A stretch of DNA of 64,000 nt. Source: Promethearchaeota archaeon. GTDB taxonomy: Archaea; Asgardarchaeota; Lokiarchaeia; Sigyniarchaeales; SOKP01. Of this stretch, positions 42,531 through 52,551 are shown in pieces. A program made the translations under genes and the position numbers. The stretch is taken from contig JAEOTA010000054.1 in NCBI GenBank assembly GCA_016840085.1, positions 1-64,000 of the forward strand, written 5' to 3'. The notes under the pieces are model-generated. The model saw nothing but the letters and a program-made list of their open reading frames with translations, was not told where the DNA came from and searched no databases. Positions within the stretch are counted from its first letter, which is position 1, and each line of letters opens with the position of its first letter.

Positions 42531-43390
42531 GTTTTATTTAGAACAGCTAAAACAATATTGGTGATTATTTCTTTCTTAGATTGAGTTAATCCGTCTTCTA
42601 GCTCTATTTTATTATATAATGCCATTACTGCAACTTCTACCCAGTTTTTCGTACTCCTACTATTTCCATATTGATCTATTAAAGTAGCTAAATCTATACC
42701 ACCTCTAATGGAACTTCCTCTGCGAATTGATGTGCTATCTCTCGTTGCTTGTATAACCAATTGAGAAATTGTAGAAATTCTATCAGAATTTATGTTAGCT
42801 TCTTGTTTGATGATTGAGATTTCTTCTTCTGGAGTTTGGTATTCTAAATTAATCCAAATAAATCTATCTTTTAATGCTTCACCTAAGACGGTAACACCTA
42901 CATGAGCTGCTGGATTTTGAGTTGCGATTACAAAAAAATCATTATGAGCTTTTATCGTCTCTAATTTTGGAATTTCAAGTATTCCTTCATCAAGAGCAGT
43001 TAATAATGAGTTTTGAGTGTTTTCAGGCATTCTATTTATTTCATTTATAAATAAACATCCTCCATTCAACATAGCTAAGGCTAAGGGACCATATTTATAA
43101 GAATCTTCATTATAACCTTTCGCAATTACAAGAGGTGGTTCAAAATAACCAACAAGGTTGTGCGGCAGTAATTCTTCACTACAATCAACTCTAAAAAAAT
43201 TAAAGTTATTAGAACCGTAATATTCAGCAATAGCTTTAGCTAATATAGTTTTCCCAACACCCACATTACCTTCTAATAATATATTTTTACCTACTGAATG
43301 AGCCAATGCAATTTGTTTTAATTCTTCTGTTCTACCAATTATTTTAAATTTCTCTTGTATTTCACTTACTAGACTGGTCATATCAACCAT
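42518..43390 (-). CDS. MoxR family AAA+ ATPase
   Basis: Walker A GNVGVGKT, Walker B LFINEINR, ATQNP, LGEALKDRF, SSIRG. Confidence 0.92.
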   Translation of the reverse strand: MVDMTSLVSEIQEKFKIIGRTEELKQIALAHSVGKNILLEGNVGVGKTILAKAIAEYYGSNNFNFFRVDCSEELLPHNLVGYFEPPLVIAKGYNEDSYKYGPLALAMLNGGCLFINEINRMPENTQNSLLTALDEGILEIPKLETIKAHNDFFVIATQNPAAHVGVTVLGEALKDRFIWINLEYQTPEEEISIIKQEANINSDRISTISQLVIQATRDSTSIRRGSSIRGGIDLATLIDQYGNSRSTKNWVEVAVMALYNKIELEDGLTQSKKEIITNIVLAVLNKTDFQ

Positions 43391-43454
43391 ATGTTTTGGA
43401 ATTAAACATTTCTAAAATAATTATAGATTAAATATTATTAAAATTAGAACCAAA

Positions 43455-43652
43455 TTATTTTGAATTATTGAGATTTTCTAAAATATCTTTTATATACAGA
43501 TCAAATGAGGTGTAACCAAAATGATAAGTGACTGTCTTAAACCCTCTAATCATTGTATTAATATGTTTCTTAAGCGACTCTCCGTGAATTTTCCCTCTTT
43601 CATAAGAAGACCCTTCGGTTTCTAAATAAATCATATTATTAATCTGCTCCAT
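43455..43652 (-). pseudogene. N-terminal fragment resembling C45 peptidase / acyltransferase
   Basis: LETEGSSYERGKIHGESLKKHI resembles the G.pyErG..hG N-terminus of C45 proteins; ends after 65 aa. Confidence 0.5.
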
Positions 43653-44139
43653 ATAAAATTTTGAATTTCATTTCAATCATGAAAATTACATCTTCGATTG
43701 AAATATGAATAATTGGTTCTCAAATTAACATAAACTTATTAATTACTATTCAAGAAATGACAAATATTTAAATGTTTACATTTTTCAAAAGGAAGTGCAT
43801 AGTTCCATCATCCTTTCATAGAAATATTTAAATATAATCTATTCTTATTATATTATAGTTAATAATTTTTTTATTCACCTCGTTAGAATATCTTATACTT
43901 TTCATTGCTTTATCCTAAACACTCTTAAAAGACTTGATCAATAGTTATCATTTCCTTAAAAAATAGAATTTTTAAATCATTAACATGATTAAGATTAGTT
44001 AAAACTTTCATTTTCAAAAGAAAGTTTACAGATCACGTCTCGAACTTTTATTATATCATATTTTTTTCTATGAATACTAGTGAAACCAATAATTTTTCCT
44101 AAACTAGAGATTAAATATTCTCGTTCTTTTTAATAAAGT

Positions 44140-45168
44140 ATGGAGGAAAAAACATATAAAATAATCTATATTATTGGTTTAGCTATCACTACAGGATTGA
44201 TGATTTTAATTCTTTTTATGGGTGATTTATCTCTTAACTTTACATTTCTCATCTTCTTTTGGGTTGTAAAATTCTTAGCGGGTTTTGGGTTGGTCTTGAG
44301 TATATCAAACGGCTTCTTATTAATTATGGATAAATTAAGTAATAAATTGGGTAAACGAGGCACTATTATTTTAATCTTAATAGAGATTATCATTCCAGCA
44401 CTTTTAATTGGTTATGCAATTTATAAAATTATTTCAAGTTATACTGAAGCAGCAGCTGTTACTCAAACAGGCTTATGGTTATGGTTTGATAATATAATAT
44501 ATATTTATGGTATAGTTTCCTTATTACTAAATCTTTATATCATACCTTTAGCGAGTGAACAGTTTCATAAAGCCGCTGAAATGAGTAAACTTTCTTTTTG
44601 GAAAAAAGGTGCAAAAAAAGTAGCTAGAAAAATTAAAAAAGAATATTTTTCTTTGAGAAAAGAATACGCAAAAGCTCAAGTTCAAGATCAAATGGCTGTG
44701 AAAGATATTTTAGATTTATGGCGCAACAAATTTGCAGTTAATTTGCTATTAATTTTCGCAATTGGGTCATTTTTATTTATGCCTATTGCTTTTATTTGCG
44801 TGATGTATTGGCTTCATTTATATATTTTTTATAGATTGCAAATTAGATTATGGGAAAAAGCAGCCCTACTAATTGGAATGATATGGATTGGATTTATTGC
44901 TGTAGTTTTACCATTTTTAAGTTTTCCAAAGGTCGTGGAGATTTGGAGAACTATTGATCCTTACTTTTGGACTGTGAACGTATTATATTTGGTTGGAATT
45001 TCTTTAGCAACATTCATCTTTATTAAAAAAATACTTAATTTACAAGGGATTACTATTAGTGGACTAAAGATACAACTAAAAGACAAAAAAATTGAAAGGC
45101 TTAAACAAGAAAAAGAAGAATTAGAAAGGAAATTAGAAGAAAAACAAGCAAAAGAAGAACCAATTTGA
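44140..45168 (+). CDS. Multi-pass membrane protein with C-terminal coiled coil
   Basis: ~7-8 TM segments; KIERLKQEKEELERKLEEK. Confidence 0.8.
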   Translation: MEEKTYKIIYIIGLAITTGLMILILFMGDLSLNFTFLIFFWVVKFLAGFGLVLSISNGFLLIMDKLSNKLGKRGTIILILIEIIIPALLIGYAIYKIISSYTEAAAVTQTGLWLWFDNIIYIYGIVSLLLNLYIIPLASEQFHKAAEMSKLSFWKKGAKKVARKIKKEYFSLRKEYAKAQVQDQMAVKDILDLWRNKFAVNLLLIFAIGSFLFMPIAFICVMYWLHLYIFYRLQIRLWEKAALLIGMIWIGFIAVVLPFLSFPKVVEIWRTIDPYFWTVNVLYLVGISLATFIFIKKILNLQGITISGLKIQLKDKKIERLKQEKEELERKLEEKQAKEEPI

Positions 45169-45237
45169 AATAAATAATGCTTAAAAATATTGGAAAATAA
45201 AAAATTATTTAGAAGTATTATACTTTTCTAATATTTT

Positions 45238-46488
45238 TTACTCGGGGTGAAGTTTTACTAGAACAAAATCTCCTTTTTTCAAACCTTCTTGATGTGGAAG
45301 AATCTCAATTATGCCATCTGAAGAAGTAAGAGAACTAATTACACCAGATCCTTTTAATTTTACCGGGACAGCTAAAAATATATTTTCCTTTTTTTCAACT
45401 TTCACTCGTAAATAATGGAGAAATCCAAGACCAGAAACAGGAACATCACTTTTAATTGTTGCGAGTATCTCTACTCTTGGATCTAATACAGAACATCCAA
45501 GTATTTTCCTGATTGCCGGTCCAGTAATTTTTAAGAAAGAGACATATGCTGCAACTGGAGTTCCTGGTAAACAAAATATTAAGACATTCTCTACAAATCC
45601 AATTAAAACTGGAGCTCCAGGTCTCATAGCAATCCCATGGGTTAAAACCATACCTGATTCATTAATAATCTCGGGAAGATAATCTTTAGTACCAACTGAA
45701 GTGCCACCAGTAAAAATTATAACTTGAGAATTTCCAGCGGCTTCAAGCAATCTATTTTTGATAGCATCTTTATCATCTTTTACCGTTTCACCTCTAATAA
45801 CTGTTCCACCATACAAATTTACTAATGCGGATATCATAGGAGTGTTTGAATTATAAATTCTTCCCGGTTGAAGTGCCTCACCGGGTTCAAGTAATTCATC
45901 TCCAGAAGAAAAAATACTTATTTTTGGCTTAGTTCGCACTTCTATTTTATTAAACCCTAATGATGCCAAAAGTGCAATATGTTCAGCTTTTAAATCTGTG
46001 CCCTTGCTTAAAACGGGGGTGCCTTTCTTAATATCTTCTCCTTTCTTTGAAATATTTTTTCCAGGCGGTAGAGAAACATAAATATTTATGGATTTTTCTT
46101 TAATTTCAGAGTCTTCAATCTTTATAACGGCATCTGCACCTTCTGGTATCGGTGCTCCAGTAGAAATCTTAATTCCCTCACCTTTATTAAGCTTGAGGTT
46201 AGAAGATTCACCGATTTCAATTGTTCCCACAAGTTTAATCTTTTTTGGGGTTTTAGGAGATGCATTAAACGAATCTTCAGCTTTAATAGCAAAACCATCC
46301 ATAGCTGACCGATCAAAAGGAGGAAGATCTATATCACAAACTATATCACAAGCTAAAACACGATTTATAGATTTTCTTACATCAATTTCTTCAATTGGAT
46401 TTAGCGGGATTTGTGAAAATAACTTTTCTAAAGCATCTTCTAAAGATGTTAACTTTGAAAATCCTATCTTTCTTAATTTATTAACCAT
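45238..46488 (-). CDS. moeA: Molybdopterin molybdo/tungstotransferase MoeA
   Basis: PPFDRSAMDGFA, STGAPIP, SSGDEL, GGTSVG, PGTP. Confidence 0.95.
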   Translation of the reverse strand: MVNKLRKIGFSKLTSLEDALEKLFSQIPLNPIEEIDVRKSINRVLACDIVCDIDLPPFDRSAMDGFAIKAEDSFNASPKTPKKIKLVGTIEIGESSNLKLNKGEGIKISTGAPIPEGADAVIKIEDSEIKEKSINIYVSLPPGKNISKKGEDIKKGTPVLSKGTDLKAEHIALLASLGFNKIEVRTKPKISIFSSGDELLEPGEALQPGRIYNSNTPMISALVNLYGGTVIRGETVKDDKDAIKNRLLEAAGNSQVIIFTGGTSVGTKDYLPEIINESGMVLTHGIAMRPGAPVLIGFVENVLIFCLPGTPVAAYVSFLKITGPAIRKILGCSVLDPRVEILATIKSDVPVSGLGFLHYLRVKVEKKENIFLAVPVKLKGSGVISSLTSSDGIIEILPHQEGLKKGDFVLVKLHPE

Positions 46489-46490
46489 AA

Positions 46491-47027
46491 TTATTCCTTT
46501 TTGTTTATCATGTATACAACATGTCTTAACTCTGGAATTAGCAACTCTTTAAAGGCGAGCTCTACTGCCTTAGGGGAACCAGGAAGCAAAAATATGGCTT
46601 TATCTTTAATTCTACCTCCAGTTGCTCTTGATAACATCGCAGCAGAACCAATTTCTTTATATGATAAATATCTAAAAAGTTCTCCAAATCCAGTAATTTC
46701 CTTATCTAATAGTGGTTTAATAGTTTCATAAGTAATATCTTTAGGTGTTAAGCCAGTACCACCACTAAATATTATGGAATGAATAGATTTATCTACTAAA
46801 AACGTATTTAAAATGTCTGTAATCTTTTCTTTATTATCAGGTACGATTTTAGTAGCATTTAATGAAATTTTCTCATGTTCTATTAGAATTTCTCTTATTA
46901 AGGGAATTGTTTTATCTGAGCTTTCTTTCTTTTCTTGTAATTCATTAAATCGAGTGGTACTGACAATAATTAAGGCTATATTAACAACTTCTGGACCTTT
47001 TTTCTTATGTTCTTCATGAACTTTCAT
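46491..47027 (-). CDS. moaB: MoaB/MogA molybdopterin adenylyltransferase
   Basis: GGTGLTPKDITYE, GFGELFR, LSRA, LPGSPKAV. Confidence 0.93.
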   Translation of the reverse strand: MKVHEEHKKKGPEVVNIALIIVSTTRFNELQEKKESSDKTIPLIREILIEHEKISLNATKIVPDNKEKITDILNTFLVDKSIHSIIFSGGTGLTPKDITYETIKPLLDKEITGFGELFRYLSYKEIGSAAMLSRATGGRIKDKAIFLLPGSPKAVELAFKELLIPELRHVVYMINKKE

Positions 47028-48253
47028 TAAAAGAAATACACCTTTCTTTTATCTCCTTTGTCTATTATTGATTCCAACTCTTCAATTTCAATGTATCCAT
47101 CTGCATAGAACATCGTACTAATTGCTTCTGAACCTGTTTTAATTGGAAATATTTTCTTAATTCCCTTTTCTTCCTTGATTTTAACAGCTTTGAATTCATG
47201 TCTACCGACAGTGCTATATATTCTTTCACCAATTTCAAATTCCTTTGAAAATTTATCTCTTAAAGGATAGCCAGACATTTTTCTCAGAAAATTATCAATA
47301 AATACATAGAAACAACTCAATGCAGACGTTGGATATCCTGGTAAAATAAAAATTATTTTTTTCTTCACTTTAGCAAAAATTATTGGTTTTCCTGGTTTAA
47401 TTTTTACGCCATGGATTAGAATTTCAATATCATTATAACCTTCTAAAACTTTAGGTCCTAAATCTCCTTCTCCTTTAGATGTCCCTCCAGATAAAATTAC
47501 AATATCGCTGTTTTCTAAAGCTTTTTCTATACCATTTTTCAATTCGTCATAATTATCCTTTATAACACCTAAGAATTTAACTAGAACACCTGTATTTTCA
47601 ATAGCTTTTCTTAACACAACCGAATTTACATCATAAATCTTTCCAATTTCTAAGTTCTTCACTTCTTGGCTTACAAGTTCATTTCCGGTACTCATTAGAG
47701 AAACAGTTGGTTGTGTGTATACCCAGACTCCCTTGATTCCACATGATGCGAAGATCCCCATAGTTGCTAAATCAATTAAAGTGTCTTTTTTAAGTATTGT
47801 ACTACCTTTTTTTACATCATGTCCAATCTCGATAACATAAGTTCCAGGAGTAATAGCTTTAGAAATTGATACCTTATTTTCCTGCCTTTCAGAGAATTCA
47901 ACCATTACCACACCATCTGCGTTTCCTGGCACGGCAGCTCCAGTTGCTACATAAGAACATTGTCCTTTCTTTAACCTTTTTTGAGGAATATCTCCAGCTT
48001 GAATTGCCTCTATTATTTCAAGTTCTATTAAGTTATCTTCTTCTGCACCAAAAGTATCTTCTGCTAGTACAGCATATCCATCCATTCTTGATTTTCTAAA
48101 GTGAGGAACATCTATTTTGCTTTCAATATCACGTGAAAGAATTCTATTAAAACTTTCTCCGATACTAACTATTTCTTCTTCAACTTTTAATCTTGGAATT
48201 GAATCAAGAATAATCTTAAATTCATCTACGCTAATTGTTTTTAAAAATTTCAT
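47027..48253 (-). CDS. moeA: MoeA paralog
   Basis: SRMDGYA, ATGA, STGNEL, SGGTSKG, IKPGKP, LPGYPTS. Confidence 0.93.
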   Translation of the reverse strand: MKFLKTISVDEFKIILDSIPRLKVEEEIVSIGESFNRILSRDIESKIDVPHFRKSRMDGYAVLAEDTFGAEEDNLIELEIIEAIQAGDIPQKRLKKGQCSYVATGAAVPGNADGVVMVEFSERQENKVSISKAITPGTYVIEIGHDVKKGSTILKKDTLIDLATMGIFASCGIKGVWVYTQPTVSLMSTGNELVSQEVKNLEIGKIYDVNSVVLRKAIENTGVLVKFLGVIKDNYDELKNGIEKALENSDIVILSGGTSKGEGDLGPKVLEGYNDIEILIHGVKIKPGKPIIFAKVKKKIIFILPGYPTSALSCFYVFIDNFLRKMSGYPLRDKFSKEFEIGERIYSTVGRHEFKAVKIKEEKGIKKIFPIKTGSEAISTMFYADGYIEIEELESIIDKGDKRKVYFF

Positions 48254-48316
48254 GAGTAAATTAAAATTCTCTTAAATTTTATTTAAAACGTTATGATTAT
48301 TAATTTTAAATCGATT

Positions 48317-48766
48317 TTAATGGATCCATTCAGTTGATCCATCATTAAAATCTTCTCTCTTCCATACGGCTATTTCATTTTTATACATTTCAACTGCTTT
48401 ACTAATTACATCAAATCCTTCTTTTCTATGAGCTGAAATCACTACTACATATACTAAATCTTCAGAAAGTTCAAAACTACCTCTTAAATGAACGATCTTA
48501 ACATCAATAATTCCTTGTTCTTGTTTTAGTTCTTCGCATATTTTATTAATACTTTTATTTGCCAATTCATCATAAGCATCGATTTTCATACTAATTACAG
48601 GTTTCCCATTTTTCGAGGTTCCTCTGACTATACCTGTAAATGTATGAATAGATCCAGCTTCTTGGATATGAGGATTATTTTTTATTGATTTGATTATTGT
48701 CTCTAAATTAATTTCCCCTTTATTATAAATTCCTGAATCCATTTTTAAGTCTTTATCATCATCCAT
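48317..48766 (-). CDS. moaE: Molybdopterin synthase catalytic subunit
   Basis: GSIHTFTGIVR, SAHRKEGF, VWKRE, WIH. Confidence 0.92.
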   Translation of the reverse strand: MDDDKDLKMDSGIYNKGEINLETIIKSIKNNPHIQEAGSIHTFTGIVRGTSKNGKPVISMKIDAYDELANKSINKICEELKQEQGIIDVKIVHLRGSFELSEDLVYVVVISAHRKEGFDVISKAVEMYKNEIAVWKREDFNDGSTEWIH

Positions 48767-48772
48767 GTCATC

Positions 48773-49054
48773 TCAACCCCCTGAAACTGGTAATAAAAAC
48801 GCGATTATATCCCCCTCATTTAATTGTTTCGATAAAATATTATCTCCATGGAAAGGTTGGTTATTTATTATTACAGAAATAAAATTACTCAACTTTTGGA
48901 GCTTATCATCCCATAGTAACTTGCGAAGACTATGATATTTTTTTAATAATAAATCTATTAAATCATTTAAACTCTGATTTGATAATTCTAATTCTTCCTT
49001 TTCTTTACCTGTGATATCTTTAAATTCTGCAAAATATAGAACTTCTACAATCAT
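48773..49054 (-). CDS. moaD: Molybdopterin synthase sulfur carrier (MoaD/SAMP)
   Basis: YFAEFKDITGK...GDIIAFLLPVSGG with C-terminal GG. Confidence 0.92.
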   Translation of the reverse strand: MIVEVLYFAEFKDITGKEKEELELSNQSLNDLIDLLLKKYHSLRKLLWDDKLQKLSNFISVIINNQPFHGDNILSKQLNEGDIIAFLLPVSGG

Positions 49055-49070
49055 TTAATAAAACCAATTT

Positions 49071-49991
49071 TTAAAAATAGGGTTCTCTTGAATCTACGAC
49101 TTGTTTAACAATTTGCTCATATTTCTCTAAAGAATAATGATTTTTTAGAGCCTGTTTTAAATTTTTTCCCAAATCTGAACGGTAAAGGCATCCAAAAAGG
49201 TTTCCATCACACCCAACCCGAAGTTTAGTACACCCCATACAAAATTCATGACTAGGTGTAATTGTTTCTATAATCGCGGAATTTGGTAATATGAATACTT
49301 TTCGATTTTGCATGGAACCTCTAACTAATATTTTTTCTGCTTTTGATTCAAGTTCTTCGATAATAGGCTTAACATCTAAATGGTAATTATCATAAAAATC
49401 CCCATTTCCTCCTATTACCTCAGAAACTTGGTGTAATTCGATTAATTGTAAAACAAAACCATTTTTTGCACAAAAATCAATCATATCTTCCAATTCATTA
49501 TCGTTAATTCCTTTCATTAAGACAAAATTTAACTTTATAGGATTAAATCCGAGTTGGTTTGCTTTCTGTAAGCCTTCTAAAACTTTATCCAAGGAATCTG
49601 ATCCATAGATCTTTTTATATATCTCTGGTTTAAGTGAGCCTAATGAAACATTTATTCGATTTAAACCAGCGTTATACAATTCCTCGGCTTTATCATACAA
49701 GAGAGCCCCATTAGTAGTCATAGAAATATCCTTATAGAGATGTAAATCAGAAACATTTTTTATAATCTTTACAATTTCATTTCGACATAAAGGCTCTCCA
49801 CCTGTAAATTTAATTCTAGTAACGTTTAGGATTTCAGCTAATATTTTGCATAATTTTGTGATTTCTTCTAGAGCCAGCTCAGAAGTTTTTGGTATAAAAC
49901 CCTCTTTATCACAATAAACACAATTATAATTACATTTTGATGTAATTGAAAATCTGATATGTTTGATTTCTCGATTACAATTATCTTTCAT
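49071..49991 (-). CDS. moaA: GTP 3',8-cyclase MoaA
   Basis: CNYNCVYC, TGGEP, FCMGCTKLR...CL. Confidence 0.93.
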   Translation of the reverse strand: MKDNCNREIKHIRFSITSKCNYNCVYCDKEGFIPKTSELALEEITKLCKILAEILNVTRIKFTGGEPLCRNEIVKIIKNVSDLHLYKDISMTTNGALLYDKAEELYNAGLNRINVSLGSLKPEIYKKIYGSDSLDKVLEGLQKANQLGFNPIKLNFVLMKGINDNELEDMIDFCAKNGFVLQLIELHQVSEVIGGNGDFYDNYHLDVKPIIEELESKAEKILVRGSMQNRKVFILPNSAIIETITPSHEFCMGCTKLRVGCDGNLFGCLYRSDLGKNLKQALKNHYSLEKYEQIVKQVVDSREPYF

Positions 49992-50001
49992 TTTATAAAA
50001 T

Positions 50002-50433
50002 CTAAGGTTTTTTAATTTTCTCCTCTACTTTAATATCATAAATTAATGTGTCAGGATATTGTCCCTCATTATTTTTCTCATACATTTTGACAACATCCCA
50101 TATATTTAAGAGTGCTATATTTACTCCTGTTAAAGCCTCCATTTCAACACCTGTTTTTGCGATACTTTTTACTGTGCATGTGACTTTTATAATTGTACCA
50201 TTTTCAAATTCAAAATTTACATCAACATTGGTAATAGGAATCGGGTGGCAAAATGGAATTATATCTGGAACTTTTTTTACTGCATTTATAGCAGCTATTT
50301 TAGCTATGGTAAGTACATCTCCTTTCTTAACTTGATTATTCTTAATTCTCGTGATGGTCTTATCTTTAAGTTTAATTCTTCCAGATGCCGTTGCAATCCT
50401 TAGAATTGTATTTTTTTCAGAAATATCAATCAT
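50002..50433 (-). CDS. moaC: Cyclic pyranopterin monophosphate synthase MoaC
   Basis: MIDISEK, KKGDVL, IPFCHP, TGVEMEAL, IWDVVK. Confidence 0.95.
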   Translation of the reverse strand: MIDISEKNTILRIATASGRIKLKDKTITRIKNNQVKKGDVLTIAKIAAINAVKKVPDIIPFCHPIPITNVDVNFEFENGTIIKVTCTVKSIAKTGVEMEALTGVNIALLNIWDVVKMYEKNNEGQYPDTLIYDIKVEEKIKKP

Positions 50434-50444
50434 TTTGGTGAGAT

Positions 50445-50471
50445 GCGATATGTCTCTCCTTACACATCGAA
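50445..50471. promoter_or_regulatory. Dyad operator upstream of the moa operon (ModE-box-like)
   Basis: GCGATATGT-ctctcctt-ACACATCGAA; arms identical to the site at 54372..54398. Confidence 0.75.
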
Positions 50472-50682
50472 AATTCTTAAATATTTATAAGTTTAACTAC
50501 TTCTTTTCAAAATATCTTGTTTCAAAAAATGAAAAAAAAAGATTTAAAATGAGATGAAATTTTTTCAAGTTTTAGTATAATTCATGCATCGATATTTAAC
50601 ATTTATGTGAAAAATTGAATTCTTTAGATACCTAATTCATAATATTTTAACGCTAGTTAAAATTAACCTAGAAAAGGTAGAT

Positions 50683-51396
50683 GTGAAGAATTTGCTTGAA
50701 TTAAAAAGAATTTATCATTATTATGGGAGTGCAAAAGTACTTGAAGAACTCAATTTAAAAGTTGAAAAGAAATCTCTAAATGCTGTTATTGGTCCAAATG
50801 GAGTTGGAAAATCAACACTCCTTAGATTAATATCTGGTTTAGAAAAACCTGACAAAGGAAAAATAGAATTCTTAGGTGAAAGAATAGATGGCTTGAAAGC
50901 TCATAAAATCGCTAAAAAAGGAATTTCTCAATGCCCAGACCGTCGTAGATTATTTTACGACTTGAGTGTTGCGGACAACATCAGAATGGGGGCTTATTTA
51001 TTAAAAGATAAGCAAAAATATAAGAGTTTAAGAGATTTTGTTTATGAAATATTCCCTCGATTAAAAGAGAGACGAAAACAGCGAGCAGGAACGTTAAGTG
51101 GTGGCGAACAACAAATGCTTGCGATAGCCCGTGCATTAATGTCAAATCCAAGACTACTCTTGTTGGACGAACCTTCAGTAGGTTTAGCTCCAAAGGTAAA
51201 GAAACAGATTTTTGGTGCAATTAAAAAAATAAAGCAAGAAGGAACAACCACTTTATTGGTTGAACAGGATATAGCTTTAGCAATGGATGTTGCAGAGATT
51301 ATTCATGTACTTGAAGACGGAAAAATTGAAATAAGAGGGACAAAAGAAGAATTAGAAAGAGAACCTAGAATAAGAAAAGTTTATTTGGGAATTTAG
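50683..51396 (+). CDS. livF: LivF-type ABC ATP-binding protein (orphan)
   Basis: GPNGVGKST, QRAGTLSGGEQQMLAIARALM, LLDEPSVGLAP, LLVEQ, VYLG. Confidence 0.88.
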   Translation: MKNLLELKRIYHYYGSAKVLEELNLKVEKKSLNAVIGPNGVGKSTLLRLISGLEKPDKGKIEFLGERIDGLKAHKIAKKGISQCPDRRRLFYDLSVADNIRMGAYLLKDKQKYKSLRDFVYEIFPRLKERRKQRAGTLSGGEQQMLAIARALMSNPRLLLLDEPSVGLAPKVKKQIFGAIKKIKQEGTTTLLVEQDIALAMDVAEIIHVLEDGKIEIRGTKEELEREPRIRKVYLGI

Positions 51397-51458
51397 GTGA
51401 TTTAAAATGATAAATTTGGTGTTTTAATAGATTTAGGATTATAAATCATTTGAAATTT

Positions 51459-52544
51459 TTATAGTAGCTTGACATCTGTTGCCTTAAAATTAATATAAAC
51501 TTCAGATTCTTTTTTTAATCCTAATTTTCCTCTTGAAAATTCAGTTATTGTAATCAGAAACCTTTCTGATTTGCTTTTAACAACTAAATGACAAATATTA
51601 CCGAGTTCACGAATATTTTCGATAACTCCTTTAAATGTATTTCGATAACTCACATTCCTAGGAGGTTCCTTAACGATTCCAATACTTTCTGGTCGTATAC
51701 AAATTTTTACTTCACCCTCTAATTGAGTAGAAGCCGTTATAGTCAGATCATTAACTTGTATTAGCGTTAAACCAGAATTCTCATCTACTTTTGCAATCCC
51801 TGAAAGTATATTTTCATAACCTACAAAAAGAGCTGTGAACTCATCTTTTGGAGCTGTAAATATTTCATTTGGTGTTCCTATTTGAGTAATCTTTCCATTG
51901 CTGAGCACTGCTATACGATCAGCATACTTTATTGCTTCAAGGGGGTCATGTGTACTCATAATTATAGTTTTTTCTTTGTCTTGCTTTATTTTCATTATGA
52001 ATTTATCAAGTAGTTTGACATTCATAGGATCTAAATTAGCTGACACTTCATCTAATAAATAAATCTCAGGATTTATAATAAAATTCATAGCAATCGCAAC
52101 ACGTTGCATTTCTCCGCCCGATAATGTTCTAGCATTTTTGCTTTCTAATCCTCTCAAACCGATAAATTCAATAATTTCATTTACAGATTTACTATATTCT
52201 TCATAGTTCATTCCACGCACTTTTAAGCCGTAGGCAATATTATTAAATACAGTTGTATTTCGTACAACAGGTTTTTGCCTGACAAATGAGAATTTTCTCC
52301 GGGTTTGTATTTTTTCTTTTCTTGAAATAGCGTTTAAATCTTTTTCATAATATAATATCTTTCCTTGAGTTGGCGGTTCAAGTAAACCTATTATTCTTAA
52401 TAAAGTAGTCTTTCCACTTCCATTTGGGCCTATAATTACAAAACATTCTCCTTTTCTAACCGAAAAGTTGATATTAGAGAGGACTTTAATAATTGATTTA
52501 TCATCCTTATAAAATTCTTTGTAAAGATTCATGATTTCAAGCAT
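51459..52544 (-). CDS. tupC: Tungstate ABC transporter ATPase with TOBE domains
   Basis: GPNGSGKT, LSGGEMQRV, LLDE, C-terminal IRPESI...SYRN...FKATDV; in operon with tupAB. Confidence 0.85.
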   Translation of the reverse strand: MLEIMNLYKEFYKDDKSIIKVLSNINFSVRKGECFVIIGPNGSGKTTLLRIIGLLEPPTQGKILYYEKDLNAISRKEKIQTRRKFSFVRQKPVVRNTTVFNNIAYGLKVRGMNYEEYSKSVNEIIEFIGLRGLESKNARTLSGGEMQRVAIAMNFIINPEIYLLDEVSANLDPMNVKLLDKFIMKIKQDKEKTIIMSTHDPLEAIKYADRIAVLSNGKITQIGTPNEIFTAPKDEFTALFVGYENILSGIAKVDENSGLTLIQVNDLTITASTQLEGEVKICIRPESIGIVKEPPRNVSYRNTFKGVIENIRELGNICHLVVKSKSERFLITITEFSRGKLGLKKESEVYINFKATDVKLL

Positions 52545-52551
52545 GGTTATT

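Noticed and set aside
50434-50451. ATA start extending MoaC (ISHLTK) with AAGGAG as RBS
   Set aside because: These bases lie within the conserved operator dyad; ATG at 50433 already gives a normal archaeal MoaC start, so the extension is unsupported
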